Shown here: positions 53,345-64,000 of the stretch, piece after piece
Numbering within the stretch: the stretch's first letter is position 1
Layout of the letters: each line of letters starts with the position of its first letter
Origin: Octopus vulgaris
Lineage: Eukaryota
Length of the DNA: 64,000 nt
Assembly: GCA_951406725.2 (NCBI GenBank)
Contig: OX597823.1
Location: 91,078,001-91,142,000, forward strand
Direction: 5' to 3'
Translations under genes and position numbers: made by a program
Notes under the pieces: generated by a model
What the model saw: the letters and a program-made list of their open reading frames with translations, nothing else
Database searches by the model: none
Told to the model about the DNA's origin: nothing

Positions 53345-54060
53345 CTAACCCTTTTGATACCAACCTGGCTGAAACCAACTCTGGCTCTGAGTACAAATGT
53401 CTTGTTTTCAAAAGTTTACAAAATCTTCCACCAAACCTTAGTCACAATTCATGTTCCTAACACTAGCTTAATGATAACTATGTTATTTTATTAAATTCTT
53501 TGTTATATTTAAAATTAATTGAAAGAAACACAGAGCATCTCAACGGAAATATGGTATCAAAAGGGTTAAAGTCACCATGATATTTTTAACCATTTCAATA
53601 CCAACCTGGCCAAAACTGCTTCTGGATCTGTAGTGCAAATGTCTTGTATTCATAGGTTTCATATTAAAATCTTCCACCAAACATTAGTCACAATTTATGT
53701 TCCTAGCACTAGCTGAATGATAACTAAGTTATTTTACTAAATTCTTTGTTATATTTAAAGTAATTGAAAGAAACACAGAGCATCTCAACAGAAATATGGT
53801 AACAAAAGGGTTAAAGTCACCATGATATTTTTAACCCTTTCGATGTCAACCTGGCTAAAACCGCCTCTGGATCTGTAGTACAAATATCTTGTTTCCAGAA
53901 GTACTGAATTAAAATCTTCCACCAAACCTTAGTCACAATTTATGTTCCTAACAATAGCTTAATGATAACTAAGTTATTTTACTAAATTCTTTGTTATATT
54001 TGAAATAAATTGAAAGAAACACAGAGCATCTCAACAGAAATATGGTAATGAAAGGGTTAA
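53345..54060. mobile_element. Tandem trimer of the piggyBac-like MITE
   Basis: Three ~235-bp units, each ending aaagggttaa, joined by agtcaccatgatatttt. Confidence 0.85.
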
Positions 54061-54319
54061 GAGGTATTAAATACTGAAATAAGTTAGGATAAGAATATTA
54101 GTTTCAAATTTTGGCACAAGGCCTGCAATTTCATGGGTTGAGGTATGTTGATAATATCGACCCCAGTACTCAACTGGTACTTATTTTTTCAACCCCCGAA
54201 AAGCTGAAAGGCAATGTTGACCTTGGCAGAATTTGAATTTAGGACATAAAAATGAAATGGTGAAAAGGATTCTGCTCGCTCACTGCCTTTATAATGGAAA
54301 GAATATTGAAACTTAGTTT

Positions 54320-54506
54320 ACAGTTCTATATTAAAGAGATGAGGAATTATGCACATTATTTACATTATTTACATTTGATGGATATTTGTCCTCATCTTGT
54401 TTGTTGTTAACACAACATTTCGGCTGATGTACTTCCCAGTCTTCATCAGGTGTCTTGGAGAAATTTCAAACCTGGGTTCTCATTCCTAAGGTATTTTTCA
54501 ATGTTA

Positions 54507-54547
<41 letters not shown>
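54320..54547 (-). mobile_element. Family D copy (tail only) with HHR at 54409-54454
   Basis: GACAC-CUGAUGA-A-GACUG(10 nt)CAGCC-GAAA-UG-UU-GUGUU. Confidence 0.8.
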
Positions 54548-54671
54548 TTAATTGAAATCACTGGAGAACTATATGTACATATGCACACACACATGTTAGG
54601 TATGTATGTGCATGTATAAACATATATGTACGTGCGTATACACACACACGCACACGCACACATATATATAT

Positions 54672-54704
<33 letters not shown>

Positions 54705-55250
54705 CACACACACACATATATATATTTATATATATTTACCTGACAGGCTTCTTTCAGTTTCCATCTACCAAATGCACTCACAAGGCTTTGGTTGGCCCGA
54801 GGCTATAGCAGAAGACACTTGCTGCTGGTGCCATGAAGTGAGACTGAACTGGGAACCATGTGGTTGGGAAGCAAATTTCTTACCACACAGCCACACCTGT
54901 GCCTATATACATACATACATACAAACATACATATATATAGATCTATATTTATATATACACATATATCTATAACATATTCACACACATCAACACACACACA
55001 TATACACACGCACATATTTATGCGTGTGTATGTATTTTTATGCATCTATATATGCATATTTGTGTCTGTTAGTGTGTTGATATTTATATATAAATATTAC
55101 ACATATAATATCCGTAGATACATAATTACTTTTTTGCAGATATACATAGTTCATATATGAAGTCGTCATTCACAGATATATATCTGTACGTAAACATATA
55201 TCTATGAATACACACACATATATATAGATATATATATGTATATATGTACT

Positions 55251-55292
<42 letters not shown>

Positions 55293-55311
55293 CATATATA
55301 TAAATTAAATT

Positions 55312-55352
<41 letters not shown>

Positions 55353-56024
55353 CTTATATATACATATAATTATGTGTATATGTTTATATAGACTCATACT
55401 AACACACAGTGATGTACATACATGCATGCACGCAGTGTTGTGTCACAGATGGATAATGGTGCTGCAATAGCGAACGTTCCACTTCAACGCTTGACTGACT
55501 CGTAAAGCTGAGACAATCCGACTTTCTTACTAAATATTGATCTTTCTATTTTCTTTCTCTTTCACACGCAGATATTCTTATATGTTGCTTAAAAGCCTTT
55601 TAACATTCAATTGATTGTAACTACTGCTGCTGCTGCTGTACTCTGTGTTAATCTTCATTTTCTGCTCCACCCCCAACCCGTCATCCACCACCGCTGCCAT
55701 TTAAAAAAAAAAAATTGTTTTATTTTTTTTTTTTCTCCTTTTATTCGTGTTTATTTTTACTTACCTTTTGAATTACATTCATTCAATTTTTCTTTTCTTT
55801 TTCCAATCTACTTTCTTTCATCATCTTTATTTCATTCATTCATTCAACTTACATTATTACTTCTTCACTTATTACACTATTTCATATTCTTCTTCCAATT
55901 TTTTTCATCCTATTTTCTTCTCCATTATTCTCCCTCTTTCCTACATTTTTTTCAAACTTCTTTTTTTCTCATTCCCCTTTATTTTTCATTCCAATTTATT
56001 GTCATTTCTTTCATTTTATCCCCT

Positions 56025-56238
56025 TATTCTTTTATTTGTTTCAGCCATTTGACTGCAGCTATGCTGGAGCACCTTTAGTCGAGCAAATCGACCCCAGGAC
56101 TTATTCTTTGTAAGCCTAGTACTTATTCTATCAGTCTCTCTTGCTGAACCACTAAGTGACAGGGGCTTAAATACACCAGCATCCGTTGTCAAGCGATGTT
56201 GGTGGGGACAAACGCAGACACACAACATATACATACAT

Positions 56239-56269
<31 letters not shown>

Positions 56270-56430
56270 CACGACTGGCTTCTTTCAGTTTCTGTCTACG
56301 AAATTCACTCACAAGGCTTTGGTCAGCCCGAGGCTATAGTAGAAGACACTTGCCCAAGGTGCCATGCAGTGGGACTGAACCCAGAACCATGTGGTTTATA
56401 AGCAAGCTACTTACTATACAACCACTCCTG
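56025..56430 (-). mobile_element. SINE family A
   Basis: Full set of family motifs. Confidence 0.88.
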
Positions 56431-56470
56431 TATACAAAAAAATTAGTGTAGACAACTGTATGTCAACAGT

Positions 56471-56742
56471 AAGAGATGAGGAATTATGTACATTATTTAC
56501 ATTATTTACAGGCATATGGCATAGTGGTTAAGAGCACAGGCTACTAACCCCAAGATTCTGAGTTTAATTCCAGGCATTGACCTTAATAATCATAATAACA
56601 TTGGAAAGTACCTTAGGAATGAGAACCCAGGTTCGAAACCTCCCCAAGACACCTGATGAAGGCTGGAGGGTATATCAACCGAAACGTGTTAACAACAAAC
56701 ACGATGAGGACAAATATCTGCCAAATGTAAATAATGTAAATA
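56471..56742 (+). mobile_element. Family D: tRNA-derived head + hammerhead-bearing tail, preceded by an inverted copy of the family 3' end
   Basis: A box tggcatagtgg 56517-56527; B-box-like gagtttaattcc 56560-56571; HHR core 56648-56690; 56471-56510 is the reverse complement of the family 3' terminus. Confidence 0.8.
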
Positions 56743-56793
56743 GTGAACAGTATGCAATGTTTGACCAAAAAGGAAAACTATAATTGTCTCTAC

Positions 56794-57088
56794 ATATGAC
56801 TAGGATGTTACAAGTGCCTACATTGCTAGAAATAAGAGCTAAAATGCTCTAATGCTGTAGTCAAAGCACATTATTTGATACATATATACAGACAGGGATT
56901 TTAATTGCTGAAAAACACCTGTTGAGAATTCCCTATACTGATTGGTCAGTTTTGGCTAATTCTGGTGTTTTCAGGCAATTAAAGTCCCTCTCTGTATATA
57001 TGTATACAATTATGTGCTTTGACTACAGTATTAGAGCTTTTTAGCTCTTATTTCTAGCAATATAGGTGTTCCAACACCCTTGTCATAT
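56794..57088. repeat. Palindrome with ~125-bp arms, related to the 29460-29530 element end
   Basis: ttgctagaaataagagctaaaa...aaaacacc vs ggtgtttt...ttttagctcttatttctagcaa. Confidence 0.88.
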
Positions 57089-57119
57089 TTTGTTACCATT
57101 GTCCTTATATATATAACGG

Positions 57120-57450
57120 TTAAAGACCCCCTTTAGCCATGAATGACCATGAGATTGCACCTTGAAATTTACCCCGTGAGACACAAGTCCAGGCAAGTGT
57201 GTTTATGAAAGACCAGCAGTTGCTCATGCATACCAGCCTCCCCTCTTCACACCACTGGTGTTATCCAAGGGAAAGGCAAAGGGGCTGATACAGCTTGGCA
57301 CCTGTGACGTCACAACTCATTTCTACAGCTGAGTAAACTGGAGCAAATCAAAATAAAGTGTCTTGCTCAAGAACACAACACACAGCCCGGTCAACTCACA
57401 ACCTCACTATCATAAACTTGACGCTCTAACCACTGAACCATGTGCCTTCA
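57120..57450 (-). mobile_element. tRNA-derived SINE family F (second copy ~58120-58460)
   Basis: Reverse complement head tggttcagtggttagagcg; CORE-like gtgttcttgagcaagacacttt; two similar copies. Confidence 0.78.
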
Positions 57451-57497
57451 CATATATGCATATATATATATACATATATACATACATACATATATAC

Positions 57498-57584
<87 letters not shown>

Positions 57585-57585
<1 letters not shown>

Positions 57586-58090
57586 CTGGACTGGTGCAGC
57601 TTTCGGGCTCCCCAGACCCCAGTTGAACCGTCCAACCCATGCTAGCATGGAAAGCGGACGTTAAATGATGATGATGATGATGATGATGATATATATATAT
57701 ATATATATATGTATGCATATATGTATATAAATATATGTATATATATCATCATCATTTAACGTCCGCTTTCCATGCTAGCATGGGTTGGATGATTTGACTG
57801 CGGTCTGGCGAACCAGACTCCAATCTGATCTGGCAGACTTTCTACAGCTGAATGCCCTTCCTAATGCCAACCACTCCGAGAGTGTAGTGGGTGCTTTTAT
57901 GTGCCACCGGAATGAGGGCCAGCTTGTTGGTACTGGCAACGGCCACACCCAAATGGTGCTTTTTACGTGCCACCTGTACAGAAGCCAGTCTAGCGGCACT
58001 GGCGATGACCTCGCTTGAATGTTTCACGTGCCACCAGCACAAGTGCTAGTAAGGCGACATAGTAATGATCCCGCTTGAATGGTGTGCTTA
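57585..58090. mobile_element. Tail-to-tail pair of family C elements
   Basis: + copy at 57585-57690 and - copy at 57745-58090. Confidence 0.8.
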
Positions 58091-58615
58091 ACATGTATGT
58101 ATGCATTTATGTATAACAGATAAAGACCTCATTGGGTCATGAATGATCACGGGATTGCACCTAGGAATTCCCCTCTGATGCACAAGTCCAGGCAAGTTTG
58201 TTTGTGGAAGACCAACAGTTGCTCGTGCCTACCAGCCTCCTCTCTTCACATCACCGATGTTATCCAATGATAAAACAAAGGGACCGATACAACTTGGCAC
58301 CAGTGATGTTGCAACTCATTTCTACAGCTGAGTGAACTGGAGCAATTGGAAATAAAGTGTCTTGCTCAAGAACACAACACACAGCCCCGTCCAGAAATCA
58401 AGCACATTATCTCATGATTTTGAGCCCAACACCCTAATCATTGACTAATCACATATCTTCATGGTTGCGTGTGTGTGTGTATGGCAGGGATCTTTGTATT
58501 TGTGTCTGTCCTGGTTTGTTTACATCCCTGAAACTTAGCAGTTCACCAAAAGAGATCAATAAAATAATCACTAGACTTTGAAAACTAAGTCCTGGGGTTG
58601 GTATATATCTATCTC

Positions 58616-58654
<39 letters not shown>

Positions 58655-60475
58655 ATATATCTGATGGTACATCTTGTATTTGTTATTGATCATCATTGTA
58701 CAAGTCTTAGCTTGCAGAGCTTTTAAGACAGTATGAGAGGGATTAAGATTATATCTTCCTTCCTTATTTCTTTTCATCTCTTTATGGATCTCTATCTGTA
58801 AACAACAATATAGTCGCATCATTATTATGTGGTCCCTCAAGGAGGCGAGCTGGCAGAATCATTAGCAAGTTGGACGAAATGCTTAGCAGTGTGTCAACTG
58901 CTGCTATGTTCTGAGTTCAAATTCCACTGAGGTCGGCTTTTCCCTTCATCTTTTTGGGGTCAATACATTGAGTACCAGTGAAACACTGGGGCTGATATAA
59001 TCAACTAAACCTCCTCCCCGCAAATTTCTGGCCTTTTGCCTTAAATAGAAATGATCATTACGGAGTCCTTCCCACACTTTATGGAAATAACCTCCCTCAT
59101 CAGGTGGATTATTTCCACGTGTCCGATCACTAAATAGTTATTATTACCAATTCATATGAAGAGAATTTCAAACTTGATTGGAGTTGGTAGCATTTCAGAA
59201 ACTCTGCCATTCATCATCATCATCATCATTATTATTTAACGTCCATTGTCCTATGCTGGCATGGGTTGGACAGTTTGACTAGGACTGGTAAGCTGGAAGG
59301 CTGCACCAGACTGCAGTCTGATTTGTCATGGTTTTCTACAACTGGTTGTCCTTCCTAACACCAACTAGTCCAAAAGTGTTATGGGTGCTTTTACGTGCCA
59401 CTGGCATGGGTACCATTTGTGTGACACTGGGGAGCGTTTATTTTCCACCGGCACAGGTGCCAATTTGCATGACACCGGTATCTGCCACAGCTGTAATTAT
59501 GCTTGGATTGCTGGGTCTTCTCAAGCACGACATAATGCCAAAGGTCTTGGTCATTGCTTCCATGAGGCTCAATGCTCGAAAGGAACCATTATTAAAGTGC
59601 TGAGCTGGTAGAAATGCAAGGACATCAGGAAAATTGCTTAGTGGTATTTCTTCCTTCATGTTCTGAGTTCAAATTCCACCAAGGTGGACTATGCCTCTTA
59701 TCTTTCTGTGGTTGATAAAATAAAGTACCAGTTGATCACTGGGGTTGATGGAAACAACTTGTGCCCCCCTCCCATGTTTAACTGCCAAATCCACTCACAA
59801 GGCTTTGATTGGCCTGATGCTTTAGTAGAAGACACTCACCCAAGGGTCCACACTGTGGGACTGAACACAGGACCATGTGTTTGGTAAGCAAACTTCTTAA
59901 CCACACAGCCACACTTCCGCTTCTTTCTTTTAAATGTTGGCCCCATGGATCAAGTTTGATAACTCAATCATGAAGATGATGTCCAGGTTTGTGCCACTTT
60001 TATTTGTCAGTACCATCCTTAAAACACAGAAATCCCAAAGATTTATTCCTTTCAACTTGCTTCTTATTATGATGGATATTTTACCATTCCATTATAGTGT
60101 CTAAAAATGCTGTATGGATTGGATATAGTATTTCTGTTTTATTGTTACCCGATTCTTATATCTCACCAAGGAATCTATTTTACAAGAATAGATCTTCAAT
60201 ACTGTTAGCCACTTCTTAATCCTTATCCTGCACATCTGTTTAGTTATTGTTGAAATCTTTTAATCTTCTTAGATATAGAATTAATATTATCATAAATTGA
60301 TACATTTAATTCTCTGAGTCTAAAACCAAATACTTAATTCTACCTTTCACCATATTAGGGATCACTAAAGCAAAATAGAGATCTACTAGGGGAGATCAAT
60401 ATAGTAGGCTGTAGAGTAATCCTGAAATCTATATGGGTTGGGGGAACAATCATATACAATATTATATGCCATTCT

Positions 60476-61360
60476 AAGGCAGTGAGCTGGCAGAAACGGT
60501 GGCGCAATAGGCAAAATGCTTAGCGGTATTTCGTCTGCTGCTACATTCTGAGTTCAAATTCCGCTGAGGTCGACTTTGCCTTTCATCCTTTCGGGGTCGA
60601 TTAAATAAGTACCAGTTATGCACTGGGGTCGATATAATCGACTTAATCCGTTTGTCTGTCCTTGTTTGTCCTCTCTGTGTTTAGCCCCTTGTGGGTAGTA
60701 AAGAAATAGGTATTTTGTCTGCCGTTACGTTCTGAGTTCAAATTCTGCTGAGGTCAACTTTGCTCTTCATTTTTTCGGGGTTGATTAAATATGTAACAGT
60801 CATGCACTGGGATTGATGTAATTGACTTAATCTTTTTGTCTGTCCTTGTTAGTCTCCTTTATGTTTAGCCCTTGTGGGTATAAAATAAATAAATAAATAT
60901 TATATGCCATTGTAAGGCGGTGATCTGGCAGAAACGTTAGCATGCTGGATGAAATGCTTAGTGGTATTTCATCTGTCTTTATGCTTTGAGTTCAAATTCT
61001 GCCAAGCTCGACATTGCCTTTCATCCTTTCTGGGGTTGATAAGTTAAGTACCTGTGAAACACTGGGGTCAATGTAATCAACTATACACCTACCCCAAAAA
61101 GGTGCCATGCAATGGGACTGAACCCAGAACCATGTGGTTCATAAGCAAGCTACTTACCACACAGCCACTTAACAAACAAAATGCTTCACAGCTTTCCTTC
61201 TGGCGTTTTACACTATGAGTTCAAATTCCACTAAGATCCACTTCGCCTTTTATTCTTCCAGGGCCAATTAAATAAAGTACCGGTCAGGTAATAGGGTCAG
61301 TGTAATTGACTTTCTCCATCCTCACTTCAGAATTGCTGACCTTTGTCAAAATTTCAAACA
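60476..61360 (+). mobile_element. Cluster of SINE family B copies
   Basis: At least four gagttcaaattc...ccttt-cat-cc-tt units. Confidence 0.85.
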
Positions 61361-62883
61361 ATTATCATTATTATTTTTTGCCATTGGGATATAAAAATCT
61401 TTTGTCATATTCTTTCCGTCAGGTCCACTAAACTCTGCCGTACCTGTGTAGAATATCAGAGTCTCAGTTCTCGTATCTGTTTATTCAGGTGTTAAATATA
61501 CCTGTTGAGTCTATAAAAAAAACACACACACACATACACACATGCATACACATATATTTAGCTATGGATATATAAAGATGTATGCATAATCATGTATATA
61601 TATATATATATATATATAAAAACACACACACACACACACACACATATATATCTTTATATAACTTTATATGCACACACACACATAGGCACACAAATATGTA
61701 TGCACACACACACATATGTATACATAGATACAGAGTGTCTGCGTGTATGTGTGTATATATATGTATCCATACATATGTGTGTCTATATATAAATACATGT
61801 GTTGATATATGTATATATATTTATTTATATATATATGTATGTGTGTTTATCTATATGTATGCATGGTGTGCATTTATGTGCATGTATGTATAATATATAT
61901 ACTTAAACACACATATATATACACATATCCACATTAATATATACACATATTCACACATAAAAACCTATACCTGCATATAATTACACATCAACAAGTTATC
62001 ATCTATTTTGTCTTTGTGATTTCATTAATTTCTTGGAATAGTTTTGGAAGCAGAAGATTTCTTCAGATAAAATCTATTTGAATATTTGTGCTTGACATGA
62101 AGAATAGAACCCCGCCACCATCTAACACCACCATCTACACCACCTCCACCTGACCTTCTCTGAAATTAATGAATTCAAAACGAAGAGAAGTAATTGCAGA
62201 GTCCATATTTATTTATATATTTTAATCTAATTAAGTAGGTAAGAACATTTAGATCACAATTGGCAATATAGTGTTACTGTAAACATAAAAACCTCCTAAA
62301 GAAAACACTGTAACAATATACGTATATATACACATATATACACATATATACATTGTGAACATTAGGAGAGAGGAGGACAAAAGAATTAAATAATATTTTA
62401 TATACATGAATAGAGAATAGAATAAGTTGGATAAAATTTATGGTATGAGTAAGTTATGAATAATTTTACCATTCCATGGAGGGTGGAATGGCAAAGAAAA
62501 TATTGCGAAGAATTTGAAAATGGTTATAGCCTTGAATGGAGATTGAGAAGAGGATTTACATAATGGTAAATACAAGAGCTCATATATATTTATATATATA
62601 ATTATACACACATATATATAACATATGCAGATGTAGGTTTCTATGTGTGAATATGTGTATATATTAATGTGGATATGTGTATATATATATATGTGCGTGT
62701 AAATATATGTATACAAACATGTAAGTATATATATTATACATACATGCACATAAATGCACACCATGCATACATATAGATATACACACACATATATATATTT
62801 GTTTTTATGTCTTTATACATATGTATATACATATATATGTGTGTATGTGTGTCTATATATATGTGTATTTATGTATGTTTGTA

Positions 62884-62916
<33 letters not shown>

Positions 62917-62934
62917 ATTCAACATGTGCAATTG

Positions 62935-63110
62935 TTAATCCCATCATGCATTTTTTCTCTCCTTTTTTTTCTGTCTTTACTCTCCATCTGTTTTTTTTCC
63001 TCATTCCTCTCTGTAGAAAAGCATAAACCTGAAACATCAAAGACTTTTCCATTTATCCTGAGTGTCAAACTAACACATTGTTTGTTGTTCCCTCACTTCA
63101 CTATATATAT
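62935..63110 (+). mobile_element. Degenerate family G Penelope-like end with an HHR relic at 63007-63042
   Basis: ctgtaga-aaagcataaacct-gaaa-ca-tc-aaag; the downstream sequence resembles 49640-49700. Confidence 0.55.
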
Positions 63111-63154
63111 GTACTTCACTATATATATGTATATATATCTCTTTCTTTTTTTTT

Positions 63155-63541
63155 CTCTTTTACTTGTTTCAGTCATTTGACTGCGGCTATGATGGAGCAC
63201 CGCCTTTAGTCGAGCAAATCGGCCCCGGGACTTATTCTTTGTAAGCCCAGTACTTATTCTATCGGTCTCTTTTGCCGAACCGCTAAGTGACGGGGACGTA
63301 AACACACCAGCATCGGTTGTCAAGCAATGCTAGGGGGACAAACACAAACACACACACCCATATATATATACATATATATGACAGGCTTCTTTCAGTTTCC
63401 GTCTACCAAATCCACTCACAAGGCATTGGTCGGCCTGGGGCTATAGCAGAAGACACTTGCCCAAGATGCCACGCAGTGGGACTGAACCCGGAACCATGTG
63501 GTTGGTTAGCAAGCTACTTACCACACAGCCACTCCTGCGCC
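63155..63541 (-). mobile_element. SINE family A, full length and least diverged copy
   Basis: Reverse complement ggcgcaggagtggctgtgtggtaagtagcttgct...tgaaacaagtaaaaga with CpGs retained. Confidence 0.9.
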
Positions 63542-63640
<99 letters not shown>

Positions 63641-63689
63641 TATAAAATTTCTAAATATCCCAGAGAGGTATGAGTGGTGATGGAACGAT

Positions 63690-63985
63690 AGAGTGGTTGT
63701 ATACTGTCAACTTAACGTGACAGTCCCGTAAAGGGAATTACACCACCGCTATTTAGCCCTAGGAAGCATCAACGCTTATTGTCGGCCTTGACATATTTCC
63801 TGTGTCCTTATGTTTACAAAAGGGAGACAAGCACCCCCAACAGCTAGGCTTGCATCGAGAGACATGACATGTTTCTGAGTCTTGCTCATCATCAGTCTGG
63901 AGTAGCATGGCTTGATAGCTGAATAGCGGTGGTGTAATTCCCTCTATGGCACTGTCATGTTAAGTTGACAGTATACAACCACTCT
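63690..63985 (-). mobile_element. ~296-bp element with 68-bp terminal inverted repeats enclosing an HHR motif (63855-63901)
   Basis: 63690-63757 is the reverse complement of 63918-63985; minus strand UCCAGA-CUGAUGA-UGAG(CAAGA)CUCA-GAAA-CAUG-UC-[AUGUC]-UCUCGA. Confidence 0.8.
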
Positions 63986-64000
63986 CTCTCTCTCTATATA

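Noticed and set aside
55611-56078. 155-aa Phe-rich ORF resembling a membrane protein
   Set aside because: It is a low-complexity pyrimidine tract running into a SINE
59083-59118. Hairpin containing tcatcag; also two tcatcag at ~4411 and ~4445
   Set aside because: No GAAA/UH in the right position, and no convincing snoRNA box arrangement

Overview
AT-rich eukaryotic DNA that is intronic or intergenic and dominated by repeats. The repeat repertoire (tRNA-derived SINEs, (GAT)n-tailed RTE LINE ends, very dense microsatellites) points to an octopus/cephalopod genome; this is inferred from recognition and was not checked against a database. There is no intact protein-coding gene. Almost all ORF-track entries are microsatellite or repeat artefacts. 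Real coding remnants are decayed Tc1/mariner transposases and RTE reverse-transcriptase fragments, and a few + strand candidate exons (13225-13407, 32260-32314) may belong to a host gene. The main hidden signal is about 13-14 hammerhead-ribozyme (HHR) motifs, of type I and minimal type with a palindromic stem III, spread over at least 7 different short repeat families that look Penelope-like (PLE). They include: (i) a tRNA-headed SINE-like family whose tail carries an HHR, with a PLE-style inverted terminal copy in one insertion; (ii) a ~590-bp palindrome whose HHRs carry a U3-A8 compensatory core; (iii) a family with a CUGUAGA core; (iv) one near-canonical HHR at 29593-29649; and (v) seven HHR motifs in nested inverted repeats at 46.2-49.7 kb. 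Coordinates were read by eye and may be off by a few bases, and all RNA structures were paired by hand.
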